This document shows positions 41,657-50,503 of a DNA stretch of 64,000 nucleotides, one piece after another. Under the pieces are notes generated by a model that ran no database searches, was not told the origin of the DNA, and saw only the letters and a list, made by a program, of their open reading frames with translations. The stretch is from Lysobacterales bacterium (GTDB taxonomy: Bacteria > Pseudomonadota > Gammaproteobacteria > Xanthomonadales > SZUA-36), in NCBI GenBank assembly GCA_035292625.1, contig DATDPS010000056.1, positions 12,250 through 76,249 on the forward strand, written 5' to 3'. The position numbers were made by a program, and so were the translations under genes. Position 1 is the stretch's first letter; each line of letters opens with the position of its first letter.

Positions 41657-41988
41657 TTCCAGCTCAAGCAGTGGCGGTGCTGGCACACCAGGTCCACGAG
41701 GCCCTCATCATCGAGCAATGGCACGCCTCGCTCTGCACAGACGCCCGCAAGTCCATGGGCATGGACGTCTGCGGCCAGGCAGAACATCGGGACAGGCATG
41801 TCTGATTGCTCCAAGGACGAAGGCCCAGCCAACAAGGTGACCGCAGTATTCATCAGCACGATGGAATCTGCCATGCCGCAACATGTCCTGCATTCATCCA
41901 GTGCCAACGGGTTGGCGTTCATCACCAGGTGCAGGCAGCTTTCGCTGGTTTCACTATCCACGCCTTTGCATCCGGGTTCCGCCTTCAT
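41653..41988 (-). CDS. DsrH/TusB-family sulfur-relay subunit
   Basis: 111 aa. The core is LHLVMNANPLALDECRTCC...DSIVLMNTAV...FCLAADVHAHGL...LVDLV....LSW. It is ATGA-coupled to both the upstream and downstream genes. Confidence 0.75.
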   Translation of the reverse strand: MKAEPGCKGVDSETSESCLHLVMNANPLALDECRTCCGMADSIVLMNTAVTLLAGPSSLEQSDMPVPMFCLAADVHAHGLAGVCAERGVPLLDDEGLVDLVCQHRHCLSWK

Positions 41989-42356
41989 AACACCAGCACC
42001 CTGTGGCAGGCCCGCCAGTCTGCCTGCATCTGTTGCCGCGTCGCAGGCTCGAGCGCCAATACGGACCCGGTGCCGTTCTCAAGCAGCCAATCGAACCAGC
42101 CGGTATCGGCAAAGGCCGTTATCCTGGTCAGGCCGGGCAGGCTGGCCCACCCCCGGTAACCCGGCGGCAAACCTGCTGCACCGGGTTCTCTGGCGCCAAT
42201 CAGCTGCAACACCGAGTAACCGAGGAAATACAAGCGTAGTGGCTGATCGAGCGCAGCAGCCACCAGGGCCACATCCAGTTGCGAGCGGGCGGCCCGCTGC
42301 TGGTACGGCCCGGACCGCAGCACCAGACCTATGGCTCCGGATACTTCGCCAGCCAT
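41985..42356 (-). CDS. DsrF/TusC-family sulfur-relay subunit
   Basis: 123 aa (GLVLRSGPYQQRAARSQLDVALVAAALDQPLRLYFLGYSV). It is the middle gene of the E-F-H order. Confidence 0.75.
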   Translation of the reverse strand: MAGEVSGAIGLVLRSGPYQQRAARSQLDVALVAAALDQPLRLYFLGYSVLQLIGAREPGAAGLPPGYRGWASLPGLTRITAFADTGWFDWLLENGTGSVLALEPATRQQMQADWRACHRVLVL

Positions 42357-42724
42357 CAGAATGTGACGACCCGGTCACTGTGCAACATCAATTCAATCAT
42401 TTCCGTCAGGCCGGATGGCTGAAAGGGAGGTGCCGCTTCAACATCCAATCGCCGCAGCCGGGATGAACTGCACACCATCAATCGAACCCCTGTCGACGCT
42501 GCCAGCTCGGTCCAGGCATCCGCCAGGCCCGGGGTGCCGGCATCGACTGCTTCACCCGCAAGCGCGTTGTAGATGCCGTCTTCGCGGAAAAAAACCGCTG
42601 ATACCTGCACACCCGATTTGACCGCAGCGGCAACAAACCTCCAGGCTGCGAGCGATAAGCCGGAACCCCAGGGGCTTTCGTTAACGATAACCAGCAACTT
42701 CACGATAAAATCACCCGAATACAC
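42356..42724 (-). CDS. DsrE/TusD-family sulfur-relay subunit
   Basis: 122 aa with VFFREDGIYNA and LMVCSSSRLRRL. The latter aligns with the TusD Cys78 region NICVAAALRRG. The C-terminus is DRVVTF. A GTG alternative start (VKLLVIV) lies at 42703. Confidence 0.8.
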   Translation of the reverse strand: MYSGDFIVKLLVIVNESPWGSGLSLAAWRFVAAAVKSGVQVSAVFFREDGIYNALAGEAVDAGTPGLADAWTELAASTGVRLMVCSSSRLRRLDVEAAPPFQPSGLTEMIELMLHSDRVVTF

Positions 42725-42793
42725 GAACCAGTCAGGTATCCTGCTGTCTGACTTGCAACCTCAGGACTTGCCGAAACAGGCTTTCCAATACTC

Positions 42794-44284
42794 ATGTTTT
42801 CCAGACACCACATTACACGTTTCGGCCTTGCGCTTGCCACCTTCATCGTAAGCATGGCCAGTGTCGCACAGACCGAGCGCGTGACCCTGCCAGACATGGG
42901 TGCATCATCGGACACCATACTTTCCCGCCAGGAAGAAGCGGAGTACGCCAAGGCCTTGCTGCGCCAGATGCGCGCCTATGAGGTTCTGAACGAAGACCCC
43001 CTGATTGCAGCCTATTTCCAGGACATGGGTTACCGCCTGGTGGCGCACAGCGACCGACCGGACAAGCCGTTTACATTCACCGTTATCAGCCAGCCTGTGG
43101 TCAACGCCTTCGCTGCTCCCGGTGGTGTGGTAGCCCTCTATACCGGCTTGATTCTGGCCGCTGATGATGAACACGAGGTGGCCGGCGTGCTCTCACATGA
43201 AATCGCACACATAACGCAACAGCACCTGTATCGTGCGGTTGAAAGCGCCAAGTCCATGACCATTCCTCTGGTTCTTGCCATGGTTGGCCTGGTGCTCGCC
43301 GGGGGTGGCAGTCCGGAAGCCATCCAGGGCGCCCTCATGAGTGGCACTGCCGCGGCCCAGCAAGCACAGATTTACTTCACCCGCCAAAACGAGATCGAGG
43401 CGGACCGGATTGGCGTGCAAACCCTCTACGAAGCCGGCTACGACCCGCGCGGAATGGGCGAATTCTTCGAGAAAATGAACCAAATCACTCGGCCGATGGG
43501 AGAAGGGCCGCCGGAATACCTGCGTACGCACCCGGTAAATGTCAGCCGCATCGCCGAAGCCGACAGCCGGGCAGAAAGCCTGCCCAGCCCGCCCCCTACG
43601 GATGGCCGGGACTTTTACCTGGTGCAGGCCAGGATACGCGCCACCGTCGAAGAATATCCGGATACCGCGCTCAACTATTTTCGTTTCCGCAGCGAACGGG
43701 CTGACATCAGTGAAGCCCAGCAGGACGCACTGGACTATGGTACTGCCATCGCTTTGCAACGCAAAGGCGACTATGCCCAAGCGCGCAGTATCCTGGGCAG
43801 CCTGATGGAACGGCACTATCACCTGGCCTATGAACTCCAAACGGCCGACCTGGACCTTGCATCAGACCAGCATGATCTGGCCCGGGAGCGCCTGGCTGGC
43901 CTTTACCATACATATGGTGGCAACTACGCCATTGCCATGGCATACAGCAATGCACTTTTATATGGGAACCAGGCCGAGGGATCGAAATTGGCCACTAATG
44001 TCCTGCGTCAGCAATTGCTCACGCATCCGGATGACCCCGGCTTGTACGCCCTGTACGCGCGCGCATCCAACATCTCCGGGGACACGGTACGCGCCAGAGA
44101 GGCCATAGCCGAAAGCTATTACTTGCGCGGCGGCACGCACGAGGCCATGGCGCAATTGCAGGAACTGGTCGACGGCGAAGACCTTGATTACTATCAACGC
44201 GCGCGTATTGCCGCGCGTCTGAATGAACTGCAGATCGAGTTGGTCAAGCTGGACATCGACGAACAACCAACGCCGGGGGAGTGA
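42794..44284 (+). CDS. bepA: Periplasmic M48 metalloprotease/chaperone BepA (YfgC)-like with TPR domain
   Basis: A signal peptide, the HEIAHITQQH zinc motif, and a helical-repeat C-terminal half. Confidence 0.8.
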   Translation: MFSRHHITRFGLALATFIVSMASVAQTERVTLPDMGASSDTILSRQEEAEYAKALLRQMRAYEVLNEDPLIAAYFQDMGYRLVAHSDRPDKPFTFTVISQPVVNAFAAPGGVVALYTGLILAADDEHEVAGVLSHEIAHITQQHLYRAVESAKSMTIPLVLAMVGLVLAGGGSPEAIQGALMSGTAAAQQAQIYFTRQNEIEADRIGVQTLYEAGYDPRGMGEFFEKMNQITRPMGEGPPEYLRTHPVNVSRIAEADSRAESLPSPPPTDGRDFYLVQARIRATVEEYPDTALNYFRFRSERADISEAQQDALDYGTAIALQRKGDYAQARSILGSLMERHYHLAYELQTADLDLASDQHDLARERLAGLYHTYGGNYAIAMAYSNALLYGNQAEGSKLATNVLRQQLLTHPDDPGLYALYARASNISGDTVRAREAIAESYYLRGGTHEAMAQLQELVDGEDLDYYQRARIAARLNELQIELVKLDIDEQPTPGE

Positions 44285-44381
44285 CTCCATGCGCCACGCC
44301 AAGGCGCCCCGGTAACGCTTGCCAGTGATGCCGGGCCTGGCCGCCGCAGGCGAACCTGACGGGCTGTCGCAAAGGCTGCCT

Positions 44382-44399
44382 CTGTCATCAAACCGTCAC
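44382..44399 (+). promoter_or_regulatory. Pho box (PhoB-binding site) of phoBR promoter
   Basis: CTGTCATCAAACCGTCAC compared with the consensus CTGTCATA(A/T)A(T/A)CTGTCA(C/T). A CATAAT -10-like hexamer lies 9 nt downstream at 44409-44414. Confidence 0.75.
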
Positions 44400-44444
44400 A
44401 TGAATCCCCATAATGGGTGGCAGAGAAGGTCAGTGGAAGCAGAT

Positions 44445-45155
44445 GTGAGCAGCAGCGGGCCAACCGTACTGGTGGTTGAAGACGAAGCAGCCATTCGCGA
44501 TATGATCGCTTTTGCGCTGGAGCGGGCCGGCATGCAGGCCCGGTTGGCCGCCGACGCACAGGAAGCCCTGCTATCCATCAATGCGCAACGGCCCGATATC
44601 ATACTCATGGACTGGATGATGCCAGGCGTCAGCGGCATCGAATTAACCCGTCGCTTGCGCAAAGAATCCTTTACCGAGGACATTCCGATCATCATGCTCA
44701 CTGCGCGGGTTTCGGAAGATGACAAAGTCAGTGGCCTGGAAGCTGGCACCGATGACTACGTTATCAAACCGTTTTCACCACGCGAGCTGCTGGCACGGAT
44801 TCGAGCTGTATTGCGCCGTAGCACCCCGCTCGACAGCAATGGGCAAATAACCGCGGAGCATCTCGTGCTGGATACCATCTCCCACCGCGTTTGCCACCAG
44901 GGTGATGAAATCCACCTGGGTCCGACTGAATACCGCCTGCTGGAGTTTTTCATGAGCCATGCGGGCCGTGCCTATAGCCGCGCACAGCTGCTCGACCACG
45001 TATGGGGTGCCAATGCGTACCTGGCAGAGCGCACTGTCGATGTGCATATCCGGCGTCTGCGCAGAGCACTTGAACCGGCACGCGTGGACCATTACCTGCA
45101 GACGGTTCGCGGGCACGGCTACCGCTTCCTGGCCGAACCTCGGCCGGCCGTGTAG
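44445..45155 (+). CDS. phoB: Phosphate regulon response regulator PhoB
   Basis: A receiver domain (VLVVEDEAAIRDMI, IILMDWMMPGVSG) plus a winged-helix domain (VDVHIRRLRRAL, TVRGHGYRF). The GTG at 44445 follows GGAAG. Upstream in-frame starts overlap the Pho box and -10 hexamer, so they are unlikely. Confidence 0.9.
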   Translation: MSSSGPTVLVVEDEAAIRDMIAFALERAGMQARLAADAQEALLSINAQRPDIILMDWMMPGVSGIELTRRLRKESFTEDIPIIMLTARVSEDDKVSGLEAGTDDYVIKPFSPRELLARIRAVLRRSTPLDSNGQITAEHLVLDTISHRVCHQGDEIHLGPTEYRLLEFFMSHAGRAYSRAQLLDHVWGANAYLAERTVDVHIRRLRRALEPARVDHYLQTVRGHGYRFLAEPRPAV

Positions 45156-45167
45156 TGGTTTTCGCGG

Positions 45168-46277
45168 GTGGTCCTGAACCTTGACCGTATCCGCCTGTTC
45201 GACCAGCAAAAACATCAACTGGAATTGTGCTGTAGAAACATGATCACCGAATTTCAAAGCCTCACCGGTGCGTTGTCAGATGCCACGCTGGTAATCGATG
45301 CCAATGATGACATCACCTGGTGCAATGACGCAGCTGTTGCAATGCTTGGGCTGAGAATACCGGAAGACCTCGGACAGGCGATAACCAACCTGATACGTAG
45401 TCCGGGTTTTGCTGATTGGCTGTCATCTGGCGACCGCGCCAATAGCAGGCTCGATATGCCCAGCCCGCGAAATGACAATCGCTGGTGGCATGTCACGGCA
45501 GTGCCATTTCAACAGGATCAATGGCTGATCGTGTTACGAGACATCACCGAGATTCACAACGTAGAACGGATCCGCAGGGATTTCGTCGCCAATATTTCGC
45601 ATGAACTCCGCACCCCCGTCACCGTCCTGCTGGGGTATCTGGAACTGTTACAGGACCACCCGGCAAAAGAAGTTGCCTCAGTGGTCGCGCGCATGCACCT
45701 CCAGGCAGCGCAAATGAAAGCTTTGCTGGATGATTTACTGGAACTGTCAAGGCTGCAGTGCGATGAAATCCAGGGCGAGGAGCAGCTTGTCAACGTTCCC
45801 GCCATGCTGGAACAACTCAAGGAGCAAGGCGAAGAAATCAGCAATGGCAGTCACTCAATCAACTTTGTAACCGATCCCACGCTTTATCTGAGGGGTGTCG
45901 CAGCGGACCTGGAAAGCGCTTTTCGCAACTTGATCATCAATGCCATCCGCTACACGCCGGCTGGCGGAACAATAACGGTGACCTGGGAGGGCGCGGAAGA
46001 CGGTCCCCACTTTGCGGTGAAGGATACGGGCATTGGTATTCCGGCGCGCGACCTGCCAAGGATCACCGAGCGCTTTTACCGCGTTGGCTCCGGTCGTGGT
46101 CGCCAGTCGGGCGGAACAGGTTTGGGCCTGGCGATCGTCAAACACGTCATGAACGCCCACAAGGCAAAACTGGTGATTCGGAGCGAACTGGGTGAAGGCA
46201 GTGAATTCGTCTGCATTTTTCCACCTGAGCGAGGCGTTGCAAACCGTATCCAACTGTCCGAACAGCAAGACGCATGA
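45168..46277 (+). CDS. phoR: Phosphate regulon sensor kinase PhoR, lacking N-terminal transmembrane segment
   Basis: A PAS region like E. coli PhoR (DITWCNDAAVAMLGLRIPEDLGQAITNLIR), the H-box FVANISHELRTPVT, and N/G boxes (GGTGLGLAIVKH). Only about 35 non-hydrophobic residues precede the PAS domain. The start is GTG 45168 or ATG 45240. Confidence 0.88.
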   Translation: MVLNLDRIRLFDQQKHQLELCCRNMITEFQSLTGALSDATLVIDANDDITWCNDAAVAMLGLRIPEDLGQAITNLIRSPGFADWLSSGDRANSRLDMPSPRNDNRWWHVTAVPFQQDQWLIVLRDITEIHNVERIRRDFVANISHELRTPVTVLLGYLELLQDHPAKEVASVVARMHLQAAQMKALLDDLLELSRLQCDEIQGEEQLVNVPAMLEQLKEQGEEISNGSHSINFVTDPTLYLRGVAADLESAFRNLIINAIRYTPAGGTITVTWEGAEDGPHFAVKDTGIGIPARDLPRITERFYRVGSGRGRQSGGTGLGLAIVKHVMNAHKAKLVIRSELGEGSEFVCIFPPERGVANRIQLSEQQDA

Positions 46278-46333
46278 CCTCGCCATCTTGAACTGAAGCC
46301 TGTCCACATCACGCGGAGAAAAAGATTATTCAG

Positions 46334-46356
46334 CCCGGCACCGGCCGGGTCTTTTC
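46334..46356 (+). terminator. Rho-independent terminator after phoR
   Basis: Stem CCCGGC/GCCGGG, loop ACCG, followed by TCTTTTCTG. Confidence 0.7.
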
Positions 46357-46449
46357 TGCTTCGGCGAAACCTTTCCAACTTCCACCCACCGCAAAAGTCG
46401 ATTTCGTCTGAACATGAATCAGTCCATGAGTTCCAAATGGGCGCAGGTT

Positions 46450-46530
46450 TCGTCACGTAACTGTCACATAATCGAAATAAACTGTCACGAATTTGAAATA
46501 GACTGTCACACGATCGAAATAAACTGAGTG
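46450..46530 (+). promoter_or_regulatory. Array of phased Pho-box half-sites (three 21-bp tandem units) upstream of porin gene
   Basis: TCGTCAC at 46450, and CTGTCAC at 46461, 46482 and 46503. These alternate with TCGAAAT at 46472, TTGAAAT at 46493 and TCGAAAT at 46514, and CTGAGTG follows at 46524. That gives eight half-sites at 10/11-bp spacing. The first 18 bp (TCGTCACGTAACTGTCAC) form a canonical Pho box. Confidence 0.75.
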
Positions 46531-46645
46531 CGCCATTGAAGTGGCCACGCCAGCCGGGCGAATTCGGAACATCCCCGGACCGAGCTTTTAATGCGTGGAA
46601 AAACGTCATGAATGAACGGGCGGCACCGCCAAGGAGACCTGCTCG

Positions 46646-47869
46646 ATGAACAGATATGTGGTTGCGAGCCTGCTGTTTGGTATGTTGGTGGCAAACCCGG
46701 CGGTCGCGCAGGAGCCGGCTACGGAGTACGAAACGATCCGCCGCGACATCGCTGCACTTTCAGAGAGATTGCAAAAACTGGAGCAGGAGAATGCGGCCTT
46801 GAAGCAACAGAACGAGGAGCTGGTAAAAGCCATGCAAGGGCAAGCGCCTGTTCCTGCGCCTGCTGTTGCGCAAGCCACGCCGCTGGCGGAGCCAAAGCCC
46901 GCACCCGCGCCGTGGTACGAGAACGTCAAGGTGAGTGGTTATGCCTTTGGAGACGCATACGGCCTGATCGACCACCACAACGCCAAGGTCGAGAACCAGA
47001 CCGGTTTCTGGATCCGGCGTGCTTACCTCACGGTTGATGGCAGCGTATCGGATTCATGGTCGACCCGGCTTCGATTCGAAGTGAACAGCCCGGGGGATTT
47101 CGCGACCAGCGGCTTGCTCGACCCGTACGTCAAGGATGCCTACCTGGCCTGGAAAGCTGGCGGCCGGGAACTCTACCTCGGCATCTCCCCAACACCAAGC
47201 TTCGACTTTATCGAAGGTTTCTGGGGCTACCGACACATCGAAAAAACCCCGCTTGATCTTTACCGGATGGCTGGTTCACGCGATTTCGGTGTCGCTTACA
47301 AGGGAAATGCCCATGATGGCAAAGTCTTCTACCACGCAATGTTGGGCAATGGCTCGGGCGTAAGCTCGGAGACGAACGAAGGCAAGAAAGGCATGCTTAG
47401 CCTCGGCTTCAATCTGACGGACAGCCTGACAGCGCAGTTTTACGCGGATTACGAGGATCGACCCAACTCCGCCAACCGTACGACCTATCAAGCGTTCCTG
47501 GCCTGGAACGGAGAGCGAAGCCATTACGGACTGCTGTATGCCTGGCAGAACCGTGAAGTGCAGGATGCCCCTGACGAGCCAGTCTCGGTTGCGTCGATCT
47601 TCGGTGCCTGGGACATGGCTGAAAAATCAACTTTGGTCGCACGCTACGACCGCAGCTTCGAGGGCTATGCGGATGCCGGCAGGATACCCTACCTGGTCAT
47701 TGCCGATAACACCGAATTCGATTTCGCGCTGCTGGCCTGGAACTACCAATTGCACAAGCAGATCAGCTTTGGCCCGAACCTCGAGTATGTCTTGTACCAC
47801 CAGACAAACGGATTTCCGGCACCAGAAAATGATCTCATGATCAGGGCCACGCTCTATTATCAGTTCTGA
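46646..47869 (+). CDS. Putative phosphate-selective porin (OprO/OprP-like) with N-terminal coiled-coil
   Basis: A signal peptide (LVANPAVAQE), a coiled-coil segment (LSERLQKLEQENAALKQQNEEL), and a beta-barrel-like body ending in YYQF. An AAGGAGA RBS is present, and the gene lies directly downstream of the Pho-box array and next to phoBR. Confidence 0.6.
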   Translation: MNRYVVASLLFGMLVANPAVAQEPATEYETIRRDIAALSERLQKLEQENAALKQQNEELVKAMQGQAPVPAPAVAQATPLAEPKPAPAPWYENVKVSGYAFGDAYGLIDHHNAKVENQTGFWIRRAYLTVDGSVSDSWSTRLRFEVNSPGDFATSGLLDPYVKDAYLAWKAGGRELYLGISPTPSFDFIEGFWGYRHIEKTPLDLYRMAGSRDFGVAYKGNAHDGKVFYHAMLGNGSGVSSETNEGKKGMLSLGFNLTDSLTAQFYADYEDRPNSANRTTYQAFLAWNGERSHYGLLYAWQNREVQDAPDEPVSVASIFGAWDMAEKSTLVARYDRSFEGYADAGRIPYLVIADNTEFDFALLAWNYQLHKQISFGPNLEYVLYHQTNGFPAPENDLMIRATLYYQF

Positions 47870-47925
47870 GCGAAAACCAGGCTCGCGAAACCGGTATCTC
47901 GCGGTCAGTTTATTGGCCATGGCCC

Positions 47926-49512
47926 ATGTCATACTCAAGCAGTGAATTTGACCAGGCGGGTACATTGCAAGCAATCGGGTGGCGGCCAGGCATGAACATT
48001 CCGCAGCGCAACGACACCTATGCCGCCATCGACCTCGGCAGCAACAGCTTTCACTTGCTGATCGCGCGCCAAGAGCATGGTGAGTTGCGGGTACTCGATC
48101 GCATCAGGGAAACAGTCAGGCTGGCTGGAGGCCTCGATCGCGAGGGACGCCTGGACGAGGAAACGAAGCAACGCGCCCTGGCCTGCCTGGCCCGCTTTGG
48201 CCAGCGGCTGCGCGGAATACCAGCCAACAACATAAGGGCCGTCGGCACCCAGACCTTCCGCCGGCTCAGGAATGCCAATGCCTTCCTGGTGGTGGCTGAA
48301 GCCGGCTTGGCCTGCGGCATCGATATCATCGCAGGCCGGGAGGAAGCTCGGCTGATTTACCTGGGAGTCTCACAGGGCGTATCAGGGCACGAGCAACGCC
48401 GAATGGTGATCGACATCGGTGGGGGAAGCACCGAAATCGTAATTGGCCAGGGCCTGGAACCGATGGAAATGGAGAGCGTCCAGTACGGCTGCGTATCACT
48501 CACCCGCAAGTTTTTTGCTGATGGCCGGCTCACTGAAAAGCGCTGGCGAAAGGCGCTTGAATGCGTCATGGCCGACATGCAGGAATTGCGCGCGCGCTAC
48601 CTGGAAGTCGGGTGGCAGAGCGCCATTGGTTCTTCCGGAACCGTGCTTGCCATTACCGAGATCTGCCGCCAGATGCGCTGGGTGGAAAAAGACATCGACG
48701 CGGCGGCCGTGTTGCGCTTGCGCGATAAGTTGCTCGGCTTTGGAATCATTGAGGACGTGCAATTGCCGGGCCTGTCGGAAGACCGGCATCCGGTGCTGGT
48801 GGGTGGCCTGGTCGTGTTGAGCGCCTGCTTCAAGGTGTTTGATTTGAAAACGCTCAAGGCTTCCCCCTTCGCCTTGCGCGAAGGAGTACTGCATGACTTG
48901 CTGGGCCGACTGGAAAACCGTGACCCGCGCGAGAACACGATACAGGCCTTCAGGGTGCGTTATGGAGTGGATCCAGGGCAAGTGGAGCGGGTACGCCGGG
49001 TGGCGTTGCAAGCCTTCCGGCAAATTGAAAGCTTTGTCCCGCTGAAGCCCATCCACCAGCAATTGCTCTCCTGGGGGGTTGAATTGCACGAAGCAGGCCT
49101 GAGCATCTCCCACAGCCATTATCAGGAACATTCCGGCTACCTGGTGCAGAATTCGGACATGGCGGGTTTTACCAACCAGGAACAATTGTTCCTGGCAGTG
49201 CTGGTCCGGTATCACCGGCGCCTCGTGCCGCGCGACTTTGCCCGCTCGCTGCCCACGCGACTGCACGAACCCCTGCGTCATACCCTGTTCTGCTTGCGCC
49301 TGGCCTGCATCCTGTGCCGCACACGTGACGATCAGGCGGTGCCTGGCTTCACGCTGCAGGCCGGCGACGAGCGCATCAGGCTTGGACTACCGCCTGAATG
49401 GCGGCAAAGCCATCCCCTGACCATGTCCGATATGCAACAGGAAATCACACAATTGCGCCCAATCGGACTGCACTTCAACCTGACTGACATGGTGGTAGCA
49501 CATGACCATTGA
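47926..49512 (+). CDS. ppx: Exopolyphosphatase / guanosine pentaphosphate phosphohydrolase (Ppx/GppA family)
   Basis: AAIDLGSNSFHLLIA, DIGGGSTE, and a C-terminal HD-like region. An alternative start is at 47992 (MNIPQRN). Confidence 0.88.
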   Translation: MSYSSSEFDQAGTLQAIGWRPGMNIPQRNDTYAAIDLGSNSFHLLIARQEHGELRVLDRIRETVRLAGGLDREGRLDEETKQRALACLARFGQRLRGIPANNIRAVGTQTFRRLRNANAFLVVAEAGLACGIDIIAGREEARLIYLGVSQGVSGHEQRRMVIDIGGGSTEIVIGQGLEPMEMESVQYGCVSLTRKFFADGRLTEKRWRKALECVMADMQELRARYLEVGWQSAIGSSGTVLAITEICRQMRWVEKDIDAAAVLRLRDKLLGFGIIEDVQLPGLSEDRHPVLVGGLVVLSACFKVFDLKTLKASPFALREGVLHDLLGRLENRDPRENTIQAFRVRYGVDPGQVERVRRVALQAFRQIESFVPLKPIHQQLLSWGVELHEAGLSISHSHYQEHSGYLVQNSDMAGFTNQEQLFLAVLVRYHRRLVPRDFARSLPTRLHEPLRHTLFCLRLACILCRTRDDQAVPGFTLQAGDERIRLGLPPEWRQSHPLTMSDMQQEITQLRPIGLHFNLTDMVVAHDH

Positions 49513-50467
49513 TCGGACGCACGGCTGGCGGCCCAGCGCCTCGCGCCTGGCGATTGAAACCCGGGCCAGCCTGTTGGGCGACATCCGTGCATTTTTTGCT
49601 TTGCGCAAGGTGCTGGAAGTGGAAACTCCCATTCTGTCCAAGGCTGGCAATACCGACCCGAATATTACCGGTATTTGCACCGCTAGCGCTTCGCCGCGCT
49701 ACCTGCGCACCTCGCCGGAATACCCCATGAAGCGCCTCCTGGCTGCGGGCCTGAGAGATATTTACGAGTTGGGCCGTGTATTCCGGGCGGGAGAAAGCGG
49801 GGCATGGCACAACCCGGAGTTCACCCTGCTCGAGTGGTATCGAACCGGCAAGCAATACCTGGAGCTGGCTGAAGAAGTCATTGACCTGGTGAAGCACTGC
49901 GGCAGAGGCCGCTTCGACGGCTGGAGCATTGCGCGCCACACGTATCGTGACTTGTTTCTGAACCATACCGGCCTGGACCCCAAACTTGCGGGTGAATCCG
50001 ACTGGGCTGCACTGGCTGATGAGCGGGGTATCCAGGCAGGATCGCTGGACCAGCTGCAATGGCAGGACCTGATACTGACGCACATCATTCAACCCGCACT
50101 GGATCCGTGTTCGATGACCTTGGTCTTCGATTACCCGCCTGACCAGGCTGCATTGGCGCGCATCCGGCAGGGTGATGAGCCGGTGGCGGAGCGCTTCGAA
50201 CTATATCTCGGCCAGGCAGAACTGGCCAACGGTTACCAGGAGCTGCCTGACGCGGCAGAGCAGAGGCGCAGGTTTGAACACGAAAATTATTTGCGCGGGA
50301 TACGGGGAGAAACCACGCCACTCATTGACACCCGCTTGCTTGAAGCACTGCAGCACGGCATACCTGAATGCTCTGGAGTGGCGCTCGGAGTGGACCGCAT
50401 GCTGATGTGCCTGATGGACCTGGACCGCATCGATGCTGTGCTTGCTTTTCCGCACGACCGCGCTTGA
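49502..50467 (+). CDS. epmA: Elongation factor P--(R)-beta-lysine ligase (EpmA/PoxA/GenX)
   Basis: A truncated class II LysRS-like protein of 321 aa (VETPILS, FRAGESGAWHNPEFTLLEWY, GVALGVDRMLM). Confidence 0.88.
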   Translation: MTIDRTHGWRPSASRLAIETRASLLGDIRAFFALRKVLEVETPILSKAGNTDPNITGICTASASPRYLRTSPEYPMKRLLAAGLRDIYELGRVFRAGESGAWHNPEFTLLEWYRTGKQYLELAEEVIDLVKHCGRGRFDGWSIARHTYRDLFLNHTGLDPKLAGESDWAALADERGIQAGSLDQLQWQDLILTHIIQPALDPCSMTLVFDYPPDQAALARIRQGDEPVAERFELYLGQAELANGYQELPDAAEQRRRFEHENYLRGIRGETTPLIDTRLLEALQHGIPECSGVALGVDRMLMCLMDLDRIDAVLAFPHDRA

Positions 50468-50503
50468 GCCGGCCATGAACGCAAGCCACGACCGCGTTAC
50501 GGT

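Noticed and set aside
41312-42724. Reading the dsrEFHC-like cluster as proof of dissimilatory sulfur oxidation.
   Set aside because: No dsrAB, dsrMKJOP, sox or apr genes occur in the window. The same fold family performs tRNA thiolation (TusBCDE). I kept it only as a hypothesis in the findings.
46450-46530. The 21-bp tandem repeats, considered as a possible mini-CRISPR or minisatellite.
   Set aside because: There are only about three units with no spacer-like unique segments, and no cas genes are present. The repeat core is the PhoB half-site CTGTCAC next to phoBR, so a regulatory array explains it.
47870-47925. A hairpin after the porin gene (CGCGA-N10-TCGCG), considered as a terminator.
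   Set aside because: The stem is only 5 bp with a large loop and a poor T-tract. That is too weak to call.
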